Shown: positions 36,188 to 49,316, counted from the stretch's first letter. The stretch: DNA of 64,000 nt from Scenedesmus sp. PABB004 (GCA_014905635.1 JABVCE010000005.1:1426001-1490000); one strand, 5' to 3'. Translations and numbers: made by a program. Notes: generated by a model not told the origin, from the letters alone.

Positions 36188-38026
36188 ATGGCTCGCGCCG
36201 CCGCGGGGAAGCCGCCGCCCGCGGCGGCGGCGGCGGCAGCCGCCGTTCGCAGCGCCGACGCCAGCTGCGGCGTCGCCTGCGGCATGCAGGCCTTTGCGAA
36301 GGTGCGGCGGCCAGGCGCACACTGCGCCAGCCGGCAGCAACGCGCGGCCGCCGCGGCGCTGCGCCGAGCCGCCCGCCGCGGCCCCGCAGGCGGCGGCGCT
36401 GCACCGCGCCGGCTGCCTGGCGGAAGCAGAGGTGGCCTACCGTGAGCTGCTGCGCGCGCAGCCCGCGCACGCGGACGCGCTGTGCAACCTGGGCGCGCTG
36501 CTGGTGCAGCGCGGGGCGGCCGGCGCGGGCGCGGCCGAGGCTGAGCGGCTCGTGCGGGCGGCCGTGCAGCTCGCGCCCGGCAGCGCGCGCTTCCGGCACA
36601 GCCTGGGCGTGGTGCTCGAGGCGCGGCGCGACTGGACGGCGGCGGCCGAGGCGTACGAGCACGCGGCGGAGAAGGCCCCCGGCGACGCGCGGGCGGGCAT
36701 GTGCCTGGCGCGCGCGCTCGCGCGCGGCCGCCGCCCGCCGCGCCGTCGACGCGTACCGGCGCGTGCTGGCGGCGCAGCCGGACCACCGCCAGGCGCACCT
36801 GAAGCTCGCGGCGGTGCTGCGCCGCCTGGGGCGCCTCGACGAGGCGGCCGCCGAGTACGGCGCGCAGCTGGCGCTCGACCCGGCCAACGCGACCGCGGCC
36901 TTCTGGCGCGCGGCGCTCGAGCGCGGCGGGCGGCGGCGGCGCGGCCGGCGCGGCCGTGCCGGCCTGCCCCGAGGGCCTCGTGGCGCGCCTGTTTGATGCC
37001 TACGCTGACAAGTTTGATGCCCACCTGGTGCACCAGCTGCAGTACCAAACTCCTTCAGCCCTCATGTGGGTTGTTGGGCCGGATGCCCCGCGCGCGCGGG
37101 GCGGCCGTGCGAGCGCGGGCGCGCGCGCGCGTGCTCGCAGGGCCCCGGGCCGCGCCAGACCGCCGCCCGGCGCCCGCCGGCGCAGGGAGTGCATCCTGGA
37201 GGCGGCCGCGCCCGGCGGCGGCGGCGGCGCCGCCGCGCCGGCGTGGGCGCGGTGCGCAGACCTCGGCTGCGGCACGGGGCTGATGGGCCCCCTGCTGCGG
37301 CCGCACTGCTCGGGGCGCCTCTGCGGTGTCGATCTGTCCTCGGGGATGGTCGAGCGGGCGCAGCAGCGGGGCTGCTACAACGACCTGGCCGTCGCGGAGC
37401 TGCTGTCCTGGCTGCGGCAGCAGCACGCGGGTGGGTGCGCGCCGCGCACGGCGGCGACCGCGCCACAGCGCGCCGCGCATCCAGGCGACCCCGACCCCTC
37501 CGCCCGCGCCCGCGCCCGGGCCGCGCAGCTGGCGTGCAGCTGTTTGATCTGCTCGTGGCAGCAGACGTGTTTGTGTACATCGGCGACCTCTCGCCCGTGT
37601 TTACCGCGGCCGCCGACGTCGCGGCGGACGGGTGCGCTCGCGCGGGCGGGCGCGGCATGCCGCCGACAGGCCCGGCCTCGGCCGCCGCCGCCCATCAGGC
37701 GCCCACCAGCCCCGCGCAATGCCGCCGGGGCCCCGCGCAGGGCGCTGTTTGCGTTCTCCACGGAGCTGCTGGGCTCTGCGGACGGCGCCGGCGGTGAGGC
37801 GGCGGTCGGCGCAGTTGGTGCGGCCGGCGCAGCGGCGCCGGGGTTTGAGCTGCAGACGACCGGGCGCTTCGCGCACTCGCCGGCCTGGCTCCGCGCCGCC
37901 GCCGCCGGCGCGGGCTGGGAGGAGGTGCTCCTGCGCACAGCTCAAATCAGGATGAACGGGGGCGTGCCGATCCTGGGCAACCTCGTCGTGCTGCGCCGGC
38001 GCCGGCGGGGAGGCGCTGCCGGCTGA
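36188..38026 (+). CDS. TPR-repeat plus class I SAM-dependent methyltransferase (COG4976-like); two apparent frameshifts at ~36730 and ~36930
   Basis: TPR segments (AQPAHADALCNLG, QPDHRQAHLKLA, LDPANATA), then LFDAYADKFDAHLVHQLQYQTP, DLGCGTG, GVDLSSGM, AADVFVYIGDL and GRFAHS. Confidence 0.88.
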
Positions 38027-38160
38027 GGGGCGACGCGGCGGCGCCGGCGAGGAGGCGCTGTTTGCTGAGGGGCGACGCGGCGCCGGCGGGCAGGCGCTGC
38101 CGGCTGAGGGGCGACGCGGCGCCGGCGGCGAGGCGCTGCCGGCTGAGGGTGACGCGCCGG
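38010..38160. repeat. Minisatellite, about 4 copies of a 39-42 bp unit, overlapping the methyltransferase stop codon
   Basis: Unit GAGGCGCTGCCGGCTGAGGGGCGACGCGGCGCCGGCGGC repeated head-to-tail. Confidence 0.9.
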
Positions 38161-38616
38161 TGTCCACCTCCCTTCCCCGCCCGCCCCGGCCGTGCCCATG
38201 CTCTGTCCGCGCCCGCGTCGATCGTATTAGCTGCCCCAGGTGCGCGCAGGAGCCCGCGGTGGACCGCGCGTGCGCCGAGCAGCTGCGCAGGGATTCGCGC
38301 CGTCTGTCCGACCCATCAGGTGCGACGCGCGCGCGTGGGGCAGGCGCAGCCTGCTTCATGCACGAGGCTTGCGTTTGGAAAGCCTTAGGCGGAATTTTCG
38401 GCAGCATCGAGGGCGCCCTCGGCGGGGGCAGCCGGGGCTGCGCGGGAAAGGGGCTGCCGGGCGGCGCCCGCGTCGTGTACAGCGCCATCACGTTTGCGCT
38501 TACTCAAAATACCTCCCGCGACGAGCGCGCAGGCTGCGAGCGTGCGGTGGCGGGCGGGCGGCGGCGGGCGGCGGAAGCAGCAGCAGCAGCGAGCAGCCAG
38601 CAGCGCCGGCGGTGTG

Positions 38617-41600
38617 ATGCTGCTGCGCCGGCGGCCGCAGTTGGCGGCGGCCGCGCTGGCGCTGCTGCTGGCGGCCCTGGCTCAGCCCATGGCGAGCGCG
38701 CAGGGCGGCGGCGGCGGAGCGGAGGTCATACCAGGGCCGCCAGCGCCGGCGGCCGACGCGTGCGGCGCGGAGCAGCAGCTCGTCATGTGCTCCGACATCC
38801 CGCCCGGCCCCGCGACGGCGGCCGCGCGCGCGGCCTGCTGCGCCGCGCACGCGCCGGCGGCGCTGCCCGCCGACGTGCGCGCCGCGGCGGCGACCGCCGA
38901 CGCGGCGCAGCAGGCGGTCGCCGCGTCGACGCCGCGCGGCGACCTCGCCGGCGACCTCGCGTGGCCGCCGCGCTACTACTTTGGCTCCTGCACCAGCCAG
39001 CTCTCGGCGCAGGTGCCCGTCTTTGACGGCGCGTCGCGCAGCGTGTGGGTCAAGGCGTTCCCCGTGCCGGCGCTGCCGGGGGACCTCATCCAGCGCGTCA
39101 AGGCCAAGGTCTACGCCGGCCTGCCCCAGGCGGTGCGCGACGACATCGGCCGCATGCGGACCTACAGCGCCGCCAGCGGCTTCCAGGTGTGTGTGGTGTG
39201 CGCGCACGCGCGCTGCGCCGAGGCCGCGCGTCCCCGCGGGCGGCGCCTGGCGGCGGCGGCGCCGAGCGCGCCGCGCCCGCCGCGCCGCGCCGCGCAGCAC
39301 CCCGTGGCGGGGCCGGGGCCAGTGGAGCTGGCGGTCATGCGCTACCGCCTGGCCGCGGGCGGCCGCGTCGCGGTCGCGGCGCGCGACAGTCTGCTCACGG
39401 GCGCGGGTGTGCGCCCGAAGGTGCGCGTCAACCCCGACGGCAGCACCTGGGCGCCGCCGACGTCCACGCCCGGCGACGGCTACTTCGGCCCGCTGCCGAT
39501 GCCCAAGGCCGCGATGCGCTGGGGCGGCGCCGACGCGGCGCCGGGCACGTGCCCGCCCAACTACCCCGCCCGCGCGCCGGCCGGCGCCTGCGGCCACGTG
39601 TCGGTGCGCGCGGCGCGGGCGCTGCCGCCGCTGCGCGCTGCGCAGGGGCCCGCCGGCTCGCCTCATGGCCGAGCCGCGGCACTCACGGCCGCGCCGGCGG
39701 CGCTGGCAGTTTGTGGAGCTGGATGCTCAGATGGCGTACAAGCTCGCCCTTGCGTGGCACGCAACCGGCGACGACCGGCACGCGCGCAAGGCGTTCCAGA
39801 TCCTGGACGCCTGGGCAGGCGCCAACCGCGAGTGGGGCGTGCGGTGCGACCGCGCGGCACGCCACGGGAGGGCGCGCGCGGCGCGCGCGGCGGGCGGGCG
39901 CTGACCGGCCGCCCCTGCCGCGGCCGCGCGCGCGTCCGCAGCTGGGAGAACGGCCCGCTGGAGGCGGGGGTGAGCCGGCGGCGGGAGCGGGCGGGCCGCG
40001 CGCGCACGCCACGCGCACCCGCAGCGCGGCGCCGCCCACCTGCCGCCGCCGCGCGCCGGGCGCAGTGGGGCGTGGCCGCGATGGCGCGCGCGCTGGAGCT
40101 GCTGCGCCACAAGGCACCGTCGGGGCTGGTCGCCAAGTTTGTGGGCTGGGTCAACGCCGTGCCCATGAAGGTGCGGCGCCCGGGCGCTGGGCGCCCTGGC
40201 CGCGCGGGCGCGCCGCGTCGTGCCCAGCGCGCTGCGCCTGACGCGCACACAAAAACACGCCCCGCAACGGCCGTCTCACACTCGCGGCCCGGCCTGCTGC
40301 TGGCGGCGGCCAGGACATGGACTACTATGTGGACGTCGTGTCCGCGCAGTCGGTGCCAAACCTCTGGGGCAACTGGTGCGCCGGCGCTCAGCGCCACGCA
40401 GCGCCACGCAGCGCAGGGGCCGCTGCCGCGGCCGCCGCTGAGCCGCCGCCACGTGCACCGCGCGCGCGCCCGCCCGCCCCCGCAGGCACAGCACCGTCGC
40501 GGAGGCGTTCATGGCGGTGCGGCGGGCGGGCGCGCGGGGGCGGCTCGCGCCACGCGGAGCGCGCGCGCAGCTGCAGGGGCACCCGGGGCGCACAGCGCGC
40601 GCGCACCGAGCGCGCGCTGCGCCCGCCGCTGCGGGCAGGTCGGCATCCTCGCCGACGACCGCGGCCGCTACGCCAAGGGCGTGCGCGTGTTCCAGGCCAC
40701 CGTGGCCGACTACCTCAAGTGGGGCAAGGGCGCGTACGCGAGTGGCCGCATCCTGGGTGCGGCGCCGCGCGCCGCGCGCCGCGCGCCTGTGCGTGGGCCG
40801 GCCGCGCCGCCGCCGTGCCCCCGCCGGCGCGCGCGCCGACCCACCGGCCCGCCGTTGCGCAGGCGAGAGCTCCGAGACCATGCGCGACATGTGAGCGCGG
40901 CGGGGCCGGCCGCGGATGCGCCGTGCCGGCGCGCGCGCCTTGCGTCGAGGCGCGCGGGGCGGGCGCGAGCCGCCGCCCTCCGCGCCGCGCCGCCCTCCGC
41001 CGCATGCTGCCGCGTGCGCGCTGCCGCGCAGGTACCACGCACAGTTCGGGCTCGGCGGGCTGCTGCAGGCGGCGGAGCTGGCGTGGCAGCAGAACGAGGA
41101 CCTGTACGCCGCGGGCGGCCACGCGCTCGCGGCCGCGATGGAGCTGCACGCGCGCGTGACCAACGCCTGGCTCGACGGCTCGAACGCCGCGGCACTGCCG
41201 CCCGGGTACCGCTTCTTCGACGGCGGCATGCCCCAGGCGCCGGCGGGCGCGCGCTGGCAGTTTGACGTGCGCAAGCAGCTCTGGACCGCGGTGCGCAGCA
41301 GCGACGGCGCGTGGGTGTCCGACCTGCGCGACGGCGTCAAGTACATGCTCGGCAACGGGTGCGCCACGCTCGCAGGGCGGCGCGCCGCGCTCGCAGGACG
41401 GCGCGCCGCGCTCGCAGGACAGCTCGCAGGACGGCGCGCGCGACGGCGCGCGCGACGCCCCGCCGGCTGGCCGAGCACGCAGCGCCCCGTCGTTGCTGCG
41501 CGCGCGCAGGTTCCTGCCCACGGGCTGGGAGGTGGGCTACAACCACTACGCCGGCCGGCTCGGCGTGCAGCTCCCCGAGACCGCGCGCATGCTCGCGCGC

Positions 41601-42077
41601 AGCTGGCCCGAGTGGCAGGTGCGCGGTGGGGTTGCCCCGCGCTTGCTGTTGTTTTGTGTTGCGCGGCGCTCGCCACGCGCACGGCCAGGCGGCCGCCGCG
41701 CCGCTCACGCCCCCCGCGCCGCCCGGCCGCAGGAGTTCCACTGGGGCCTCGGCACGCTCACGCACGCGGGCACCGCGCAGGCGCTCTGGCGCGACGGCGT
41801 CAAGGACTACACGCTGTGCGGCGCGCGGCGCCGCAGCACGCGCGGCGCCGCTGCGGCGGCCGTGGGCGAGGCCGGCTGGGCGCGCGACCCGCTGGAGCTC
41901 GCGGCGCTGTACGCCAACAGCACGGCCGAGATGCCGCACGCGCTGCTCATGGGCGAGGCTGCCGGCGGCGGCGGCGCCGGCGCGGACGCGGGCGCCGAGG
42001 TCGCGGGCGCCGAGGTCGTGGGCGCCCCGCTGACCGAGGCGGCGCTGATCGCCGCGCGCGCCGCGGCGGCCGCGTGA
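38617..42077 (+). CDS. Secreted alginate-lyase-like (PF05426/PL5-like) polysaccharide lyase, about 12 exons
   Basis: Signal peptide MLLRRRPQLAAAALALLLAALAQPMASA. Segments DAQMAYKLALAW..AFQILDAWA, GNWH, GESSETMRDMYHAQFGLGGLLQAAELAWQQNEDLY, WEVGYNHY and WGLGTLTH. Confidence 0.78.
41367..41440 (+). repeat. 21-bp tandem repeat in a lyase intron
   Basis: CGCTCGCAGGACGGCGCGCCG, about 3.5 copies. Confidence 0.8.
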
Positions 42078-42483
42078 GCGCGCGGGCGCCTGCCGTCGCG
42101 CGCGGCACCCGCAATAAACGGCGTTTCCCAACGCGGCAGCGCGGTCGTCAAACCCAAACCTCGTCGAGAGCAATCGCATGGATGCGTTGAGAATGAGAAT
42201 AAGACGGCGCGGCGGGTTGTTGTTGCACATGCGCATGGTGTGGTGGTGCGGTTCGAGGTGCACGCCGCACAGGTGCGGGCGCGGGGCTTGCGCTCCGTTG
42301 AACCGCGCGCGCGCTCGAATCGCGCCGCCGCACGGTTCACGCCCGTGCGGCCCGCCCCCGCTTCGCGGCACTGCCCCGCTCTCGGTCGCCATCGCGCAGC
42401 GGAGCCGGGCAGACATGCGCGCCGCGGCGTCGCCGCTGCGCGCGCCGCCGCTGTCGGCCTGATCCCGGACCGCGCGCGCCGCC

Positions 42484-45400
42484 ATGTGGCCCCAGGGCCC
42501 GCCAGCGCGCGACCAAGCGCACGGGCCGCAAGCCCCGTCCGGCGCAGCGACCGCCTGGCCTGCGGCGCAGCCGGGGCAGCGCGCGCTGCTGCTGCAGGCG
42601 CCGCCGAGCCATGCCACCTGGCCTGGCGCGCAGCAGCATCCGGGGCACCACCCTTACCAGCAGCACCACCAGCAGCAGCAGGCCCCCTACGTGCCGCCCT
42701 ACTCTGCGCCGGCGCCGCACCTGGCGGCGGCCGGGCGCCTCGCGCCCGACAACCCGTCCGCTGCCGAGTACGCGCTGAAGGCCGTGCGCGACCTGCCGGC
42801 CGCCTTCCAGCCGCTCTTCCCCTTCAGCTACTTCAACCCAGTGCAGTCAGAGTGCTTCGACGTGGCCGCACGCTCCGACGCCAACATGGTGCGCGCGGGC
42901 AGGCCGGCGCCGCCGCCCCTCTAGAGGGGCAGATCTGCGGCGCCGCCCTGCACACGCCTCAGCGGCGCGCAAACACACGCGCGCACCCCGTGCGCAGGTC
43001 GTGTCGGCGCCCACGGGCGCGGGCAAGACTGGCGTGATGGAGCTGGCCGTGCTGCGCGTGCTCGCGCGCCACCTCGCGCCCGGCGGCGCGTCGCTGGCGC
43101 CGCCGCGGGGCCGCGCCAAGGTGGTGTACCTGGGCCCGATCAAGGCGCTGGTGCAGGAGCGCCAGGCCGACTGGGCGCGCCGCTTCGGCGGCCTGGGGCT
43201 GTCGGTCGTGCAGCTCACGGGCGACGTCGACGACGACGGCGTGGAGGCGCAGGTCGAGGCCGCCGACGTCATCTGCTCCACGCCCGAGAAGTTTGACCAG
43301 GTCACGCGCGTGGTCAAGGAGCGGGGCGCGATGGGCTTCTGCGCCGACGTGCGGCGCGCCGGGGCCGGGGCGGCGCGGCCGGGCGCACGCCCGGCGGCCG
43401 GCCGCCAGCGCCTGCACCACCCGCACGCCCTGCGCCGCCCGCACGCCAGATCTGCCTGGTGCTCATCGACGAGGTTCACCTGCTGAACGAGGCCGGCCGC
43501 GGCAGCGCGCTCGAGGCGGGCTGCGTGTGCCGCATCAAGGCGCTCGCCGCGCTGCCGGAGCTCGCACAGGCGCGCGCCGCGGCGCGGCGCGCGCTTGCAG
43601 GACGCCCGCCGCGCAGCGCTGCGCGCCGCCCCGCCGTGCGCGACCGCGCGCGCGCCGCCGCGCGCCCACAGGCACCCATCGCGCGCGCGCGCTTTGTCGC
43701 CGTCTCCGCCACCATCCCCAACATCACCGACATCGCCGCCTGGCTGTGCGTGCCACCGGGCGGCGTGCTGCAGTACGGCGAGGAGGTGCGTGCGCCGCGT
43801 GGGCGGCGGCAGCGCCGCGCCCCTCCCGGCCGCCGCCCGAGCCGCCGCCACCCCGCCGCCGTCGCAGCTGCGCCCCTGCAAGCTCACCACGCACGGTACG
43901 CAGCACGTGCAGCGCGCAGCGCGCAGCGCGCAGCGCGCAGCGCGCAGCACGTTGCGCCCGTCGCCCGCCGCCGACGGGCGCGGCCCCACGGCCGCCCCAT
44001 GCCGCCGCCCGGCGGCCGCAGTCAAGGGCTACGCGCCTGCCAAGAACGACTTCCTGTTTGAGCGCCGCCTGAACGACTACCTCTACGCGATGGTGTCGGG
44101 CTACAGCAGCGGCCGCCCCGCGCTCGTCTTCTGCAAGTGCGGCAGGAGGGGGAGCGGGGCTCGCCGGCAGCGATCGGCGCGCGCGTGCCGCGCGCGCGCT
44201 TGCAGGACGCGCCGGCGCGTCGGCGCCTGAGCGTCCCGCCGCCGCTGCCGCCGCGCCGCGCAGCTCGCGCAAGGGCGCCATGGACGCGGCGGCCGTGCTG
44301 GCCAAGGCGGCCGAGGCCGCCGCCCGCGGCGCCGGCCCGGGCGCCGGCGCGCTCGGCCGGCCGGGCCTCCCGCCCGGCGGCGGCGGCGGCGGCGGCGGCG
44401 CGCCCGGCGCCGCCACGGGCAGCGCGCTCGTCAAGACGGCGGCGCAGCTGGCGCGCCTGCAGGCCGCGGCGGCGCGCGCGCAGGCCAAGGCGCTGGGCGC
44501 CGCGCTCGTGTGCGGCGTGGGCTTCCACCACGCGGCGATGGAGCCGACGGACCGCGAGCTCGTGGAGGGGCTGTTCAAGGCCAACGAGCTCGCGGTGCGC
44601 CGTGCAGCGCGGGCAGGGCCTGCCGCGGTCGCGCCGCGCGCCAGGGCGCGCCGCCGGGCTGACCCGCCGCGCCGTGACGGCCCGCGCGCGCAGGTGCTGT
44701 GCACGACGTCCACGCTCGCCATGGGCGTCAACCTGCCGGCGCACCTCGTGATCATTAAGGGCACGACGCGCTACGCGGGCGACGGCGAGGCGGGGCGCGG
44801 CGAGCCCGCCGGCTACAAGGAGTACACACAGACCGAGGTGCGGGCGTGCGTGTGGGAGGGGGGCGAAGGACGAGGAGGGCGCCGCTGCGCAGAGCCCTGC
44901 AGGACGGGCGCGATGCGGCCACCGCGCCGCCGCCGCCGCCGCCGCGTGCGCAGGTGCTGCAGATGGTGGGCCGCGCGGGGCGGCCCCAGTTTGACACCGA
45001 GGGCGTCGCGGTGATCATGACCAGCCGCGACAGCACCGCGCGCTACCAGCAGCTCCTGGAGGGCCAGGCGCGGCGCAGCGGGGCGCGCGGCGGTGCGTGG
45101 CGCTGCGCCGCAGCCGATCCCCAACCACCCGCCCCCGCGTGCGCGCGGCAGGCGGTGGAGAGCTGCCTCGCGTCGACGCTCGCGGAGCAGCTGCTGGCCG
45201 AGGTCGTGCTGGGCACGGTGCGCGACGTGCCCGGCGCAATCGCGTGGCTCAAGAGCACCTTCCTCTACGTCCGCGTGCGCAGCAACCCCGGGCACTACGG
45301 GTGCGGCCCCGCGCGCCGTGCCGCGCCCGCCAACGCGCCCGCAGTCCAGCCCAGGCGCGGCTCGGCTCGCCACCGTCGCCGCGCGCAGGCTGCGGCTGCG

Positions 45401-47201
45401 GGCGGGCATGTCGGAGGCCGAGCTGGACGGCGTGCTGAAGCAGGCGCTGATGATGGAGCCCGTGCAGGAGCTGCTGAAGTACGGCCTCATCGCCACGGGT
45501 GCGCCCCGCACGGGCGTCCACGCGTCGACGGCCGCACGGCCGCCGCGCGGCGCCGCCGCCCCGTCGGCCTGAACGAGTCGCGCACACGCCGCGGCACGCC
45601 GCACCCGTGCGCGCGAGCTCCGCCCCCCCCCCCTCTCTGCCACCCCGCCCCCGCAGACGAGGACAGCTACGGCCTGGGTGCGACGGCCCCGGGGCGGCTC
45701 ATGGCTGCCCACTTCCTCAAGCTCCGCACCATGGCCGGCATTGTCGGCCTCGGCGAGCGCCCGAGCGTGCCCAGCCTGCTGCGCGTCATCTGCGGCGCCG
45801 AGGAGTTCCGCGCCACCAGCCTGCGCAGGTGTGCACGGCGGCGGCGGCGGCCCGCGCGCCCGCCCGCCCGCTCACCGACGCGCCCGCGCGCGCCCGCGCC
45901 TGCGCGCGCCAGGTGTGAGCGCAAGGTCCTGAACGCGATCAACCACGCCGCCAACCCGGCCGCGCTGCGGCACAGCGTCATGGCCGCGCCGCCGGACGGC
46001 CCCGGCGCGCCGCCGAGCGCCAAGGTCAAGGAGCGCATCACCTCGGCCCAGGAGAAGCTCTTCATACTGGTGCGCACGGGCTGGTGGTGTCCCCGCGCTG
46101 TGACACTGCCGCCGCCAGGCCGGCGCTGGCGCACGCTGTGTGCACCGCGGGCGGCTGCGGCGGCTGCGGCGCCGGCCTGGCCCGCTGGCGGGCCGGGCCC
46201 CTGACGGCCCCGCCGGCGGCCGCGCCGGCGCCGTGTCGCCGCGCGCAGCTGAACGACGGCCTCGCGGACAAGCCGTCCGAGGCGCTCGACTACAGCCTCA
46301 AGCAGGAGCAGGAGCGCGTGCTGGTGGTGGGGCAGCGCATCGCCAAGTGCATGGCCAGGTCGGCGCGGGCCCGGGGCGCCGCTGCAGCGCCCTGCCGGCG
46401 CCGCGGGCCAGCAGCTGCCATGAGCCAGCCGCTCGGCTGCCGCCGCGCTCTCAGCAGCAGCCCGCGCCGCACCGCGCGGCGCGGCCCGCAGGTACTACGT
46501 GCTGCGAGACTCATTTTCAGCCGCCGGGCGCTCGCTGCTGCTCGCGCGCTCGCTGCGCGCCAAGCTGTGGGACGACAGCGGCGTGACCGTGCGCCAGCTG
46601 CCGGCGGTGGGCAGGCTGCTCGGCGCGCGCCTCGCGGTGGCGGGGCTCGGCACGCTGCGCGCGCTGGCGGCGTGCGGGGACGCGCACCAGATCGAGGTGG
46701 CGGCGCAGAAGTGAGCGGGATCGGGCAGGCCAGCGGCTCATCGGCAGCGCGCCCGGCGGGGAACGCTCAGAGGCTGCCGCGCCCGCAGGCCGTACCCGTG
46801 GGGCTCGGAGCTGCTCGCCAACCTGCGCGCCATCACGCCGCCGGCCGTCAGCATGGACCTGGAGGTGCTGGAGCAGCTGCCCACGGGCGTGCTCGCCTGC
46901 CGGCTCACGCTCACGCGCACGGCGCCGCCGGTCGCCGCCGCCGGCGGGCCCTGGCAGCAGGGCGGCAGCGGCCAGCCGCGCGGCGAAGCCGCGGCCGGCG
47001 CCAGCGGCCGGGCGCTCACCACCTTCACGCCCTGCAAGCTCCTGTGCGGCTGCAGCACCACCGACCAGCTGCTGCTCCTGCGGGGGCTGGTGCTGGAGAC
47101 GTTCGAGTCGCCGCTGCAGGTGCGCACGGGGCGCGGCCGCGCTGCGGCAGGCGGGGCAGGCAGGCAGGCAGGCAGCACCATCTATCTGCTGCTGTGCGCG
47201 C

Positions 47202-47233
<32 letters not shown>

Positions 47234-49316
47234 CTGGCGTTGCCGCTGCCCGTGTGCCGCGCAGCTGAGCTTCAGGGTTGACCCGCCGGCCGACCCCAAC
47301 CAGCCCACCGCCATTGCGGCGAGGCTCATCCTGGAGCGCGTGGTGGGGCTGGACGAGACGGCGCGGCTTGAGGTGCCGCCCAGGGGCGGCCGCGCGCCAG
47401 GCCGTGGCAGCTGGCAGCGCGGCACCGCGGCAGCGGATGGGCCTGCAGGCGAGGCCGGCTGGGAGGACAGCGAGCCAGACGAGGAGGGGCTGGACGGGGG
47501 GGCGCGGCAGGCTGCGCCCCAGAAGGGCGGGGCAGCGGCGGCAGGCACGCCGCGGCGCCCACGCGCAGCCAAGCGCGCGCTCGCCGCTGACGGCGGCGGC
47601 GGCGCGGCGGCCAAGCAGCCGTGCGGCCCGCGCCGCCAGCGGCAGCAGCAGGTGCTGCCGGGGCCAGCGCCAGGCGGCAGCGCACACTGCGCGGCCGGCG
47701 TGTCGCCGCCCGGGGAGGCGCAGGCGCAGCTGGGCGGCACCGCCGACGGAGGCGGCTCGGGCGCCGGCGTGCCCAACACCGCCCTGGCCACCCGCTACCA
47801 GCGCATGCTGCACTCTGGCGGCGCCGCCGCTGCCGCTCAGCAGGCCTGCCCGACGGAGCAGCCAGCGTCGGAGGCGGAGCCGGCGGAGCCGGCGGCACCC
47901 GCCAGGCCAGCCGCGGTGGCGGCGCTGGACGCGGCCGGGCTGCAGGTCACGCCCGACCACGCCCGGCTGTCAGGCGGCAGTGACACGCCCCCGGCAGCGC
48001 GGCAGGACGGCGCGGCCGCTCCCCTGCCGCGGACGTCCGCGCGGCAGGCGGCGCTGGCGGCCAGCCAGGCAGGGGGCAGCCAGGCGGGCGCGGGCGGCGC
48101 CGGCCTGAGCATCTCTGCGATGTTTGACATGCTGGCGGATGAGCTCGCGGGAGAGCAGCAGGCGGGCCCGCAGTCGCCGCGGCGCGTGGCGCCCGCGCCG
48201 GAGGCCCCCGCCGCGCCGGCGGCCGCCGCGGCGAGCAGCCGGGCGAGCGAGGCCGCCGGGGCGCCGTGGAGCAGCGGGGCGCCGCGCGGGCTGGGCGGCA
48301 GCGTGTTTGGTGCCGCCGTGCTGCAGCGGCTCAGGGCCAGCGGCGGCATGGGCTCCTCGCAGCGCAGCCTCGGCAGCAGCGCCACCGTCCTGGCCGCGCC
48401 ACCGGCACTGCCCAGCCAACAGCTGTCGCAAGGTCACGCGGGAGCCGAGGACGCCGGCCAGGAGCTCTTCACGCCGCCACGCCAGATCCTGCGGGCGAGC
48501 CGCGGCTTTGCGGCTGCCGAGACGGCTGCAGAGGGGCCAGCCGCCATTGGCAGCTGGGTGGCCGGAGGCGGCGGCGCCGCCGCACGGCGAGCGCCAGGCA
48601 CGCTGCCCGGCTGGGGCGGCCTGCGGCGCGGCGCGCCGTTGCCGCCGCGCGCCGCGGAGGCCGACCCCGGCGAGGCGCCGCCAGTGCGAGTGGCTGCACC
48701 GCCCAACCTGCAGCAGTTTGCGTTTGGCGCGCCCGGCGCACCCAGCCCGGCTCCGCCCGAGGCGGGGGGCTTCCGGCCGTCACAGAACGCGCTGCTCTTC
48801 AAGCGCGGCGCGGCGCCGCAGCGACCCCCGGTCGCCGCGGGCGGCGGCGCCCAGCCCGGGAGCGGCGCCCGGCCGCTCGGCACGGGCTGGGCGCTGCCGC
48901 GCGGGCAGGCGCCGCAGGCACCGCTGCCGCTGCCGGGCGGCGTGGAGTGGGGCGGCTTCGTCGAGCAGCAGCGCGCGCCCGACCCGGGCCGGCAGCAGGC
49001 CGTGCGCCGCGCCAAGGCCGCCTGGGGCGCCGCCGCGCCGGCGCCGCGCGCCTCGACCTGGCAGCGGCCGCCGGCCGTGCTGCCTGCGCTGCCTGCGCTG
49101 CCCGCGCCGGCGCAGCCGCCCGAGCCCGACTGGGGCGGCGGCAGCATGGAGGGCCTCGCAAGCCTGCTGGGCGACGAGCCGCCGGCCGGCGGGGCCGCGG
49201 CGGCGCCCCGCGGCGCCGCCGCAGTGGCCGCGCCGGCGGCAGCGGCGCCGCCGGTGCCGGCAGTCGACGACGACGACGGCCTGGACCTGGGCGCCATCTT
49301 CGACTTCATGAACTGA
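42484..49316 (+). CDS. MER3: Meiotic DExH helicase MER3/HFM1 with Sec63 domain and long disordered C-terminus, about 17 exons
   Basis: Motifs FSYFNPVQSECF, SAPTGAGKT, STPEKFD, LIDEVHLL, VSATIPN, KNDFLFERRL, GVGFHHAAM, TSTLAMGVNLPAHLVIIKGT, QMVGRAGRPQFDTEG and WLKSTFLYVR. Confidence 0.93.

Noticed and set aside
38010..38160. Possible CRISPR array
   Set aside because: The units are contiguous with no unique spacers, there are no cas genes, and the context is eukaryotic
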